The notes under the pieces were generated by a model. The model was not told where the DNA came from. It was given only the letters and a program-made list of their open reading frames with translations, and did not search any database. From sequence record PP355766.1: a stretch of DNA of 64,000 bases. One strand, given 5' to 3'. Below, in pieces: positions 9,324 to 18,556 of this stretch; position 1 is the stretch's first letter, and the number at the start of each line of letters is the position of its first letter. Both the position numbers and the translations under genes were made by a program.

Positions 9324-12300
9324 TTAATTCAGGTTCTTTAAGCTCAGCCCTTGTTCATTCAAGGCTAACTCTACAGCTGCCTGGAATGCCGCAGGATTTT
9401 CCAATGCGTACTCCATAAAGCTCTTAGCGTCCATTGCCTGGATGTTCAGATTAACCGGTCTTCTAGCACCACCAGAAGAAGTTTCGGAAGCCACTTTATC
9501 CGCTGGAGTTACCTTGGTAGGCACCATAGGAGTTGCAACTTCCGTTCCATGTTCACCCATCTTATAGGAGACACCTGGGTAGGTATTACCACCTTCTGCA
9601 CGAGGGATAAATCCGTTAGCACTACCTATGCCTTTATCACCGCGAACGTAAGATAGTTCACCTGCGTTTGCACCCATGCTAACGTCTACGTTTTTCTGGC
9701 GCTCACCTAAGGTTAGGTAAGAGGCGGTTTCACCACCAGATCCTGCTATATCGGTCATTCCGGTAGCACTAGATGCCTGAGCTAGAGATAAAGCACCTGC
9801 AAGCCCAGCCGCGATCATCAGAGGAATAGAGAACGGATACGGAACAGCTGTTGCTGCCTGCATTACCGCTACTGCTGTCTGGATAATGATTTGCTTCTTA
9901 GCAGATTCCTGCTGAAGTTTAATCTTCTCCGCTTCCATCTTTTTGATCTTGTTCTTAGACTGCTCAGATTTACCATCACGCTTCTGCTCTGCCGCGATAG
10001 CTGCATCGATTGCCGAAATCTGCTGGTTAGTACCGTAGCTAATCATCTGGCTGACTGTCTGCATACCTGCTGCAATCATGGACGTAGTATCTAGAGATCC
10101 TTGAGAGAACTGGATCATAGCGTTAGCTAAGTTCCCCATACTTTGAGCAGTAGCAGTAGCCTCTGAGTTTAGCTGAGAGAGCTTACTGATAGCCGTGTCG
10201 TATGATGCCATCTGGTTTTCCATATCGGCAAATTTCTTGTCCTCTCCTTCCAGACCAGTAGTAGGCGTATAGTCTGCGCCCAACGACTGTCCTACACGAT
10301 CCATCATCTGTGCGTTACGCTGAGCTTTGAGTGCTGCCATTTGAGCAACGGTATTTGCAATCTCACGACTCCAACGTGCCTGCTCATCAGCGTTACCTTT
10401 CGTGAATTCCTTCATTTCCTGGTAGAACGCTAACTGCTCCTGCATTTTCTGCGATTCGCCCATTAGAGGCTTCATGCTTTGATTGCGCTCAAATTCCTCT
10501 TTACGCATCTCGGCAGTTTTAGCGTTACGATCAAGCTGCTCTTTCCAGATCTCCCGTTCAATCGAAGCAATGTTACGTCTAGACTGTTCAGCTTCCTTCT
10601 CTTTATCAGCCTGAGTCTTCAGCAGAGCTAGTCTATCTTTCTCTACCTGTAGATTTAGTTTAAGGCTCGCCACGTTATACTGGGAATCTGTCATAGTACG
10701 GTTAGAGAGTAGGGCTATCTCCCTGTCAATACCAACTATCTTATCCTTGTAGAACTTCTCCTTCTTAGTAGATTCCATGCCCTGGTTTTTAATCTTGAAC
10801 TCTTCTGTTTCGAGAATAGTTAGTTCCTTTTGTAGGGCTTTGTTGTCCTTATTCGTAGCCAGTACTGCCTGCAGAGCAGCTTTCTTGGACTGGAGCTGTT
10901 GTAGCTCTAGTGCTCTACCTGCTTCTTCCGCCTTATCCTTATTACGAGTAGATGCGTAAACATCTGCTATACGTTTTTCCACTTCCAGCTTAGATTTGGC
11001 TTCGTCCCCCGCAATCTTCTGGTAGTTGGTCATAGCCTTGTAAGCGGTGTTCATTTCCGTTACAGAAGAGTACCCAAGATTCAGATCCTTAGTTAACTGG
11101 TTAGCTTTTTCAGTAGAGCCTCCCGCCAGGGCTTCCACTGCCTTAAGAGCATCCCCCAGGGCTGCTGTGGCCTTAGCCGCCGTATTAGAATCCTGTGCGA
11201 AGTTTTGGATATCATTACCCAAGTCTCCAGCAGTTTTCTTAATATTGTTGTACTCTTTGTTTATGGCAACTGCCCCACCTAGAGCATCTTTGTTGAAGGT
11301 GTAAATCCCGTCACTTGCTTCGACGTTCTGCGATATATTAAGCTGATTAGCTAGGTTAGGGTTTCCTTTCTGCGTTTTAGCTAGTGCAGTGTCTCTAGCG
11401 TCTCTCCACTTCTGGATGGCCCCAGATGAATCCTCTAGTTCCTGCTGCAACTTATATGCTTCTCGTCGCATATCCGCAGTTTCTTGAGTGAACCTCTTGT
11501 TAGCCTCGGAGGCCCCTAGAGTGAAGGAGTTTCCTAGACCCTGGTAGTTGGCACTCACGGCAATCTTAGTAGCCATGTCCATCTTAGATTCGCGCTCTAA
11601 GATATCCTTATTAAGGGCTGCAAGTCTCTTGCTGGCTTCTTCCTTAGCCTTTATAGCGTCATCCAATCCTTTCTGAGATGCTTCGAGGTTCATCACCACG
11701 GCGTTGTTATCTTTAACATCCATCTTGCCGATTGATTCCTTCTGAGCTTCTGCTGCTGCTGAGGAAATAGAGGCCTTAGAGGAATAAAACGCTGCGTTTA
11801 TAGACGCAATAACAGGTCCGAGATACTTAGCTGCTGCCTGCTGAACCTTACGTAATGCAGAGTCTGCGTTCGCAGCAAACTGTTCCCAAGGAGTAGCACG
11901 CAGTGCATCATCAAGATATCCGAAACGCTTAGTAGATTCTGCTACAACTGCGTTTGCATACGCTTGCTGTTTCTGGAACGAGGATAGACTCTGTATGTTA
12001 TAAGTCATACCCGTGTTAGCTGCGTTTAGTTGTTTAACATGTTCGGCGAATGCGTCATTCAGACGGATGGTTACACCCAGTTCGTCCAGAAGTTCGATTT
12101 CCTGCTTAGACACACCCTTGATTACACGGTTGAGTGCATCTGTCATGTCAACACCTAGAGTGGCTGCGGCTCTACGTGCAACTAGAGCAAACTCACCAAT
12201 CTGTTTAGAATCGAAACCATATGCGGCCGCAGTAGACGCCTGGCGCATAGCCTCTTCAAAGGATACAGCATAACCAGTAGCTTCCTGCAGTGCGATTGCT

Positions 12301-13781
12301 AAGGACTGAATTGGTGTACCTGTCTTAGCACCTACAATAGAACCGAATTGCTCAAGACGATTTAGCTGGTCCCCCATCTTTAACTGATCAAAAGCTGCTT
12401 TCAGTACGTAGAGGTTAGATGCTAATGCACCATATAAGAGCGGCATAGGCCCAGTTACCATAGCTAGAGCTGCGAAGTTTCTTGTAGCCCCACGAGCAGA
12501 TCCCGAGGTATTACCCAGCGCTCTTGATGCTCTTCCTGCGGCGCTACCAGTACCGGTTAACGTAGAGTTTAGACCACCTAGTCCTGTATTTACGTCCCGA
12601 ACTCCTGCGTTAAGGTCGGTCAGCTTGTCGGACACTTTGTCTGTGCTTCTGGCCATATCAGACATAGTGGTGTTCATCTTGTTACCCATAGCGTCAATAG
12701 CAGCTACTATCCGGTTCATCTCAGCTACCATAGTGCCCATATTAAAACCTGCAGCACCACCGCCACCACCCCCAGTTTGTCCTAAGCGAATGCGTTTTGC
12801 AATCAGCTTATCGATTGCAGCAGCGGATCTAATTGCAGCCGCCTCTATTGCATTTAGCTCTGGAACTACTTTCTGGAAGTTATTGATCATACGGGTAGAG
12901 GAAGACGCAGATTTAGTAGCCATATCCTGGAAGCCCTTAGAGAACCCCCTCTCAAGTATTTGGGAGGTAGACGCTAGCTTGGTTTCTAAAGCATTTAAGG
13001 ATTGTGTAATGGCCTTAAACTGATTAGGTAGCTGTAGTACTCCTCGTCCTGCTTGAATTTTGGCTAAAGCTGAGTTTACCTGATTAGCCGCTTTTACCAG
13101 TAGGTTGAGCTGTGGGATAACGCCTTTCACAGAGTTACCCAGTGGGTTTAGCCCACCTACACTGCTCATAGATGCGAAAGCCCTGCTTAACTGTCCTAGA
13201 TTGGCCTCTATACCCGATACCGAGGCTTCCAGATCTGCTTTCAGCTTAGTCATGGATGCACCAAGTTTATTAACGGATGTAGAAGTATTAGCCAGGTTAG
13301 TACCTGCTTTGATCTTAGAGAGCGCCGAAGCTGCCTGATTAGCGTTGGCAGAAAGCTCAGCTAAGATTTTGTTAACTTTGTCTAAGTGAGGAGACGACGA
13401 CGTCATCGCAGCAGTAATATCAACACCCATTTTATTAGCACTAGTACTAATATTATTTAACTGGGATGTGATCCTTAACACGGACTTCGCTAGTCCAACC
13501 TCAAACTCAGTGAACTTAGTCCCTAACATACCGATAGAGGAGGCTAGGGTTGTTAAACTAGTAGTTGATGCTAGTTTCTCCAGAGATTTCTGAGTCCTAG
13601 ATACCGAACGCTCCACTGTAGTGAACGTTGCAGGGAGCTTGCCCAGACTCTGGTTAAGCCCCTCAGAACTTTGAGTAGCACTCTCCAAGGCAGCTTCAAC
13701 ATCCCTGATCTGTTTAGCGGCTTTGGATCCACCACGCTGCTTGATGTCTACAAGTAACTCTCGTATTAGTCTATCTGTCAT
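9324..13781 (-). CDS. pb2: Tape measure protein
   Basis: About 1485 aa, Ala/Ser/Gln-rich helical; starts MTDRLIRELLVD like T5 pb2; start chosen at ATG 13781. Confidence 0.93.
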   Translation of the reverse strand: MTDRLIRELLVDIKQRGGSKAAKQIRDVEAALESATQSSEGLNQSLGKLPATFTTVERSVSRTQKSLEKLASTTSLTTLASSIGMLGTKFTEFEVGLAKSVLRITSQLNNISTSANKMGVDITAAMTSSSPHLDKVNKILAELSANANQAASALSKIKAGTNLANTSTSVNKLGASMTKLKADLEASVSGIEANLGQLSRAFASMSSVGGLNPLGNSVKGVIPQLNLLVKAANQVNSALAKIQAGRGVLQLPNQFKAITQSLNALETKLASTSQILERGFSKGFQDMATKSASSSTRMINNFQKVVPELNAIEAAAIRSAAAIDKLIAKRIRLGQTGGGGGGAAGFNMGTMVAEMNRIVAAIDAMGNKMNTTMSDMARSTDKVSDKLTDLNAGVRDVNTGLGGLNSTLTGTGSAAGRASRALGNTSGSARGATRNFAALAMVTGPMPLLYGALASNLYVLKAAFDQLKMGDQLNRLEQFGSIVGAKTGTPIQSLAIALQEATGYAVSFEEAMRQASTAAAYGFDSKQIGEFALVARRAAATLGVDMTDALNRVIKGVSKQEIELLDELGVTIRLNDAFAEHVKQLNAANTGMTYNIQSLSSFQKQQAYANAVVAESTKRFGYLDDALRATPWEQFAANADSALRKVQQAAAKYLGPVIASINAAFYSSKASISSAAAEAQKESIGKMDVKDNNAVVMNLEASQKGLDDAIKAKEEASKRLAALNKDILERESKMDMATKIAVSANYQGLGNSFTLGASEANKRFTQETADMRREAYKLQQELEDSSGAIQKWRDARDTALAKTQKGNPNLANQLNISQNVEASDGIYTFNKDALGGAVAINKEYNNIKKTAGDLGNDIQNFAQDSNTAAKATAALGDALKAVEALAGGSTEKANQLTKDLNLGYSSVTEMNTAYKAMTNYQKIAGDEAKSKLEVEKRIADVYASTRNKDKAEEAGRALELQQLQSKKAALQAVLATNKDNKALQKELTILETEEFKIKNQGMESTKKEKFYKDKIVGIDREIALLSNRTMTDSQYNVASLKLNLQVEKDRLALLKTQADKEKEAEQSRRNIASIEREIWKEQLDRNAKTAEMRKEEFERNQSMKPLMGESQKMQEQLAFYQEMKEFTKGNADEQARWSREIANTVAQMAALKAQRNAQMMDRVGQSLGADYTPTTGLEGEDKKFADMENQMASYDTAISKLSQLNSEATATAQSMGNLANAMIQFSQGSLDTTSMIAAGMQTVSQMISYGTNQQISAIDAAIAAEQKRDGKSEQSKNKIKKMEAEKIKLQQESAKKQIIIQTAVAVMQAATAVPYPFSIPLMIAAGLAGALSLAQASSATGMTDIAGSGGETASYLTLGERQKNVDVSMGANAGELSYVRGDKGIGSANGFIPRAEGGNTYPGVSYKMGEHGTEVATPMVPTKVTPADKVASETSSGGARRPVNLNIQAMDAKSFMEYALENPAAFQAAVELALNEQGLSLKNLN

Positions 13782-13800
13782 GATTTTTTCCAATAAAAAA

Positions 13801-13824
13801 GGCCTAGGGCATTAACCCTAGGCC
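13801..13824 (-). terminator. Intrinsic terminator upstream of pb2
   Basis: GGCCTAGGG/CCCTAGGCC stem plus T-tract. Confidence 0.75.
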
Positions 13825-13865
13825 AAGCCTCACGTGGAACGCCCGTTGGAGGAAAATGTAACTCA

Positions 13866-14294
13866 CTATCTGCTAGAAGACTTCATTTTAGACTTCTTAA
13901 TAGCTGCTTCAACACGTTTGCGAGAGGCTGCCACAGCATGTGAGTCGAATATGTTGATGATCTGGAGTATAAGACTCTTCTCATCTGGATCCTCGACACC
14001 GTAGACATCGAAGAAAACTAAAAGGGCACTCTTATCTTTACCTAAATAGGTTGGATAATCTCCTGGAATATAATTATCAGATAAGTTATTATAAATTGTA
14101 AGAGCAGTTTGAGCGATTTCAGGAAAGTCATGTATCTCCACAAACCGTTTGAGAACATCGGGGTTGGGTTCCTCCCCCAATGATTCACACATCGTTAGAT
14201 ACTGCTCTTTTGTTATTTTGGAGTCTCCTCCTTTAACACATCGTTCTGCGAAGGCGTCAATCTCCTTAAGCAGTCGGTTCCTGTTTTGAGTCAC
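13866..14294 (-). CDS. Tail assembly chaperone, downstream (frameshift) segment
   Basis: Overlaps the upstream chaperone in the +1 frame; GTG lacks a clear RBS; lies just before the TMP. Confidence 0.75.
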   Translation of the reverse strand: MTQNRNRLLKEIDAFAERCVKGGDSKITKEQYLTMCESLGEEPNPDVLKRFVEIHDFPEIAQTALTIYNNLSDNYIPGDYPTYLGKDKSALLVFFDVYGVEDPDEKSLILQIINIFDSHAVAASRKRVEAAIKKSKMKSSSR

Positions 14295-14688
14295 GAAAAG
14301 TGTCTAGGTGGAAGACGGTGCTATTCATCCAGGTTTCAAAGGCGCTAGAGTTACGTACCAGCATTACGGCGTTGTCGATGCTGAACTCTACTTTATCGCC
14401 CAGTCGGTCTTCAGGCACATCGATAAGCATCAGTTTTTCAACATCCGCTACTGTTAGGCCTTCCCAACCCTCAATCGCTACCTTGACGAATTCTTCTGCA
14501 AATTTATCGTCATTCTGAACCTTTACAGCAATACCGTTAACAAACTGAGTCTCCTGCGCAGCTTCCAGAATTTTCTTAGATAGCTTACGGGAAACGTAGT
14601 TAATTTTTAGCTTAAAGTGCGGTAAGCCTGGGTACGCGGTAGTAATCTGTTTGGTATCCAGGGCAATGTCTTTCAGGTTAATACTCAT
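14266..14688 (-). CDS. Tail assembly chaperone
   Basis: 140 aa, between minor tail protein and TMP; ends FHLDTFR as recalled for the T5 counterpart. Confidence 0.85.
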   Translation of the reverse strand: MSINLKDIALDTKQITTAYPGLPHFKLKINYVSRKLSKKILEAAQETQFVNGIAVKVQNDDKFAEEFVKVAIEGWEGLTVADVEKLMLIDVPEDRLGDKVEFSIDNAVMLVRNSSAFETWMNSTVFHLDTFRDSKQEPTA

Positions 14689-14691
14689 TTG

Positions 14692-15579
14692 TTAATCTCC
14701 AATTAGCTTTATTCGGACAGGGTCTGATTGCTCCGTAGGGACTACGTCGTAATCGATCTTGTACACGTCGGTTAAGTCTAGGCGTTTTGTGATTTTAGTG
14801 GATGGAAAGTCCACCACAATATATTTATTTCTGATTTGTACCGGTAGGCCCATATCAGGTTTAATGTTATGCGTAGAATCTATCTGAAGACTCTTCGCAT
14901 AGTACATCGATATCAAAGCGGATGAGTTCAATTCGTTAACGATTGCCCTCCTATTATTATAAATCTTGTTGATATCGAATAAACTTCTGTCGCCCCGCCA
15001 CTCGCATTGCTGCTGGAATGACATACCGGCTGACATAAGTCCTGGGAGCACTCTCCCATTCGAAGATACCTGAGGTAATGAAAATGGTAGCACCTCACCT
15101 TGATCAAGCGTATAGCTATTGAGTGGGTGTCCTACTTCCTCAAAGTATCCCGACTCGATACCAACGTTTAGCACCGGGACACTCTTATCTAGAGAAAAGT
15201 CGCAGGTGGTAGCAAAACAGTTATCGAAACGTAAGCTCGTGTTCTTGTTAATAATATATACGGAGAACATTTTAGGCTCAATATTATTACTGAACAAGGG
15301 CATCTGATACATTCCGTCTATCTCTATAAACCCCATCAACTCGAAAAATAGACCTTCGAGAGCATTGCTAGAGAAGTTAAGAGTTAGAGAAATTGAAGAA
15401 GGAGACTGAGCAGTTATCTTCGAATAGGCGTAGTTACTGCGTCTGTGAATCGTCCTACGATTTGCTTTAAACTCTTCGTAGGACGTTCCAGCAGTGTAAT
15501 CAGACAGGGCGTCAAATCCATACGCCCTGCCATCGTACTCGATGACTACTCTAGACTCCCGCATTAGGGAGTATAGCAT
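14692..15579 (-). CDS. Baseplate tube / minor tail protein (T5 p140-like)
   Basis: 295 aa starting MLYSLMRESRVVIEYDG; follows the major tail gene. Confidence 0.85.
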   Translation of the reverse strand: MLYSLMRESRVVIEYDGRAYGFDALSDYTAGTSYEEFKANRRTIHRRSNYAYSKITAQSPSSISLTLNFSSNALEGLFFELMGFIEIDGMYQMPLFSNNIEPKMFSVYIINKNTSLRFDNCFATTCDFSLDKSVPVLNVGIESGYFEEVGHPLNSYTLDQGEVLPFSLPQVSSNGRVLPGLMSAGMSFQQQCEWRGDRSLFDINKIYNNRRAIVNELNSSALISMYYAKSLQIDSTHNIKPDMGLPVQIRNKYIVVDFPSTKITKRLDLTDVYKIDYDVVPTEQSDPVRIKLIGD

Positions 15580-15588
15580 TAGTTATCC

Positions 15589-16716
15589 TTATGGAGTGAC
15601 AGGGTTACCGTCACCAGAGCTGATCAGCTTCGCGATTGAAGTCTTGGTGTACTTGGCAGAGAAACCCAGATAACCTTCATCCCCTGCGTCCATCTGAGTC
15701 GGAATAGCCTTGAACTCAATAGACACACCCAGCACGTCATCAGTTTCGATTGACGGGATGTTCAGGTTAGCGTGCTTAGCCACCAGAACAGCTGCCGGAC
15801 GAGCAGTATCGTACTCTCCACCCAGGATGATTGCAACTTCGAAGTCGTTCACAGCTTTCAGGTCGGAAACCAGATCTTTGTACAGCTGGATAGAGCCGTT
15901 GGCAGCATCATTCATATACGCTGTCAAGGAACCAGTCAGCTCGAAGGAACCAGTGAATGAACCGATCGGAACGTCAACACGAGACATGATGTTAGGAGTC
16001 AGGTACGTCACGTTGTTGTTCATGGTGAAAGAACCTCCCGTGATCGGGATGTTATAGGTTTTTCCGCCGGTAGCGTTGTTCTTCAGCTTAAGAATGGTCA
16101 GCTTGTTCTTGATATAAGAACTCTGAATCTTAGCATAAAGAGCATCGTCTATACCGATGGTTTTAGGATCGAACGGCTGTGTGGACAGAGTCTCTAAACG
16201 GGTGCCGTTGCCTGACCAGGTTACACGCCCGATATCATCAATATCTACGTTAACCTCAGCCTGCCCAACCTGGCAATTACGGATCACAGACCAAGAGCTA
16301 TCGGTCAGGATGTAGATGTTCAACATGGCCAGCTCGTGGTATCCATTGTCTTTAAAGTTGACAACCAGGTTAGTAGCGTTCTGGAATACGCCAGTAGTAC
16401 CTGCTAGATTCACGGCAGCGCCAGTTGACAGTCCATGCCACAGTAAGTAGTCCGGCAGGATCTGTTTACCTGCATCGTCATAAGGCAGGATATAAGTGGA
16501 GAAGCTCCACTCAGCAGCATTCAATGAATCGTTAAAGCGCTGCGAACCACGGGTCGGCTTAGGGCCAGCCTCATTTAGGGTAATATCAGTGGAGTTACTG
16601 TCCTGACTCCAGGAGACGTCATCCTGAACTAGGATCTCCTGAGTGTTGGTCTTAGTGAACCCCGTAGTAACGGTTGACACGAAGATTCGTGTATTACGTA
16701 ATAGTTGTACAGACAT
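15589..16716 (-). CDS. pb6: Major tail tube protein lacking the C-terminal Ig-like domain
   Basis: 375 aa starting MSVQLLRNTRIFVST; T5 pb6 is about 464 aa including the Ig domain. Confidence 0.92.
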   Translation of the reverse strand: MSVQLLRNTRIFVSTVTTGFTKTNTQEILVQDDVSWSQDSNSTDITLNEAGPKPTRGSQRFNDSLNAAEWSFSTYILPYDDAGKQILPDYLLWHGLSTGAAVNLAGTTGVFQNATNLVVNFKDNGYHELAMLNIYILTDSSWSVIRNCQVGQAEVNVDIDDIGRVTWSGNGTRLETLSTQPFDPKTIGIDDALYAKIQSSYIKNKLTILKLKNNATGGKTYNIPITGGSFTMNNNVTYLTPNIMSRVDVPIGSFTGSFELTGSLTAYMNDAANGSIQLYKDLVSDLKAVNDFEVAIILGGEYDTARPAAVLVAKHANLNIPSIETDDVLGVSIEFKAIPTQMDAGDEGYLGFSAKYTKTSIAKLISSGDGNPVTP

Positions 16717-16739
16717 TTAAATTTCTCCTGAGCTGTAAC

Positions 16740-17225
16740 TTATCTATCCAGCGCTCTTCTCAGAGGCATATACCGGACTGTTACGTTAACTTGAGCAAAA
16801 CCAAACGGGGACAGTATACCCTCGTCTGTGGACACCGACGTGATCTGCATGTCAGTGGCTTCAGAATCGATAGTTGAACCATCAGGTTTCATTATAGTAT
16901 ATTGTAAATTTCCTCCAGTGTCAATAGAGGTTTTTACATCCGCTATGAGTTTCTCAAGTTGCATGTTAATATCATCCTTTTCTTTATCATAGATAAGAAT
17001 AGGAATTTCAAGGTAAACCCACTGCTGTGCAGACGGCAGGTAGTTTCCAGTTTCGGTACCCACGTGGACTGCTATGTAAGGGAACTCATTGATCTGCTCA
17101 AACGAATAAGTCTGGCGGGATACGTTCCCATACATATTAGTAAAGAACTCTGTGGGATTACTCCCGTCCATGTCCTTCTTCAGTCGTTCCACTAGGGCAT
17201 CAGCAATACTTGTTCTGTAATTCAT
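16740..17225 (-). CDS. Tail terminator protein (T5 p142-like)
   Basis: 161 aa; synteny; MNYRTSIADAL. Confidence 0.85.
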   Translation of the reverse strand: MNYRTSIADALVERLKKDMDGSNPTEFFTNMYGNVSRQTYSFEQINEFPYIAVHVGTETGNYLPSAQQWVYLEIPILIYDKEKDDINMQLEKLIADVKTSIDTGGNLQYTIMKPDGSTIDSEATDMQITSVSTDEGILSPFGFAQVNVTVRYMPLRRALDR

Positions 17226-17986
17226 TATGTACCCTGATTTACTCTTATCCGGTATCTAGAGTGGATAAGGTCTCTTGCAGCCTTAGCGATTGCCTCGCCG
17301 ATCAGCTTCTGCGGGTTCCTAGCACCAGGGAAAGGCCGTAGGGAAAGTCCGCGGTAGGTAGAGACGGCAGGATTGAACACAGAGTAAGGCTTAAGCATGT
17401 AGTTATACGTGATGTTGAGGTCAGGATTCTTTGCCCCTGCATCTTCTCTTAACAGCACGTCTTTAATCTTCAAGGAATTAGCGAAACGCCCCGTTCTAAA
17501 TTTAAGGGGTGCCCCGGCTTTTTTCATATCCTTAACTAAATATTCTTTCGCTACGAGTTCAAGTAACGCTCTAAGGTTTGTGTTTGAGACGAAACGCCCA
17601 GAAGCGCCAGAAATAGCACCAGCGTAACCGTTGTCAGCATCTGAAGGATCTCCAAAGTTAACCTCTACCCTACCGGTAGATCGTTTTCTTCCTATTTTGG
17701 ATTTTTTACCAGTGATACTATTTAGAAGGTTATCGATAACACCAACGTCACCCTCAAGGTTAAGTGACGACGAGACAGCTTTTAAAATAGAGGACGTCCG
17801 AACATTCAGTAAATCCTCCGATACCGGCTTGGTAAATCGGAAGGATACCTTGCCTATGGTGCCATCTTTGTGGTTATCCATAGTTTCCGCACTATATATC
17901 ACGGTGTTCTTGGTAGAGTGGCTACCCCCACTCATAATGTCCAGCTGTTCTTTAACTATCTGTCGAGCTAGATCGCCCAACGCCAC
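17225..17986 (-). CDS. Tail completion protein (T5 p143-like)
   Basis: 253 aa; synteny. Confidence 0.8.
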   Translation of the reverse strand: MALGDLARQIVKEQLDIMSGGSHSTKNTVIYSAETMDNHKDGTIGKVSFRFTKPVSEDLLNVRTSSILKAVSSSLNLEGDVGVIDNLLNSITGKKSKIGRKRSTGRVEVNFGDPSDADNGYAGAISGASGRFVSNTNLRALLELVAKEYLVKDMKKAGAPLKFRTGRFANSLKIKDVLLREDAGAKNPDLNITYNYMLKPYSVFNPAVSTYRGLSLRPFPGARNPQKLIGEAIAKAARDLIHSRYRIRVNQGT

Positions 17987-18498
17987 TACAGCCTCCGGTA
18001 CACTTCGATTATAGTACGGATGTGTTCCGGTACGCCAGATTTAGTAGTATTGAAAGTAACGGTTTCTCCGCCAAATGTACGAGACTCGCGGTAGTCCTTT
18101 TTGACCCAATGATCGACTAGGAAGCATGCTGCTAGTACCAAGTCATCAGGGATAGAGGTAAAGCCGGTCTGAGTAAACTCTACTTCCATATACCCCTCTG
18201 GAGGAGAGAATTTCAGCAAGAGCGTACCATCCGGGTAGTTCTTATATTGCGACTTATCGATCTCCTGATCGTTAATCGTAATTTTAGTGATCGTGCTAGG
18301 CACGGGAGAAGATAGGAAGTACTTTTTGCGTGCTGGTTTAGTAGGCAGAACGTCTACAACGTTAGCAGTGTCGTCAATACCTAGAAGCTGAGTAATCAGA
18401 GCATTAGCCGCTTTGATTAACATTGGGATATTTGACTCTAAGTCAGGACGTTTAAGGCCTCCATATGTTCTCCAATCAGAATCTGTCATGAATTGCAT
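17986..18498 (-). CDS. Head completion protein (T5 p144-like)
   Basis: 170 aa directly downstream of the capsid gene. Confidence 0.85.
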   Translation of the reverse strand: MQFMTDSDWRTYGGLKRPDLESNIPMLIKAANALITQLLGIDDTANVVDVLPTKPARKKYFLSSPVPSTITKITINDQEIDKSQYKNYPDGTLLLKFSPPEGYMEVEFTQTGFTSIPDDLVLAACFLVDHWVKKDYRESRTFGGETVTFNTTKSGVPEHIRTIIEVYRRL

Positions 18499-18514
18499 AT
18501 TTTACCCAATAAAA

Positions 18515-18536
18515 AAGGAGAGCCGAAGCTCTCCTT
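18515..18536 (-). terminator. Terminator after the major capsid gene
   Basis: AAGGAGAGC-TTCG-GCTCTCCTT plus T-tract. Confidence 0.85.
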
Positions 18537-18556
18537 TAGTCGGCAGTATAGCCAAA

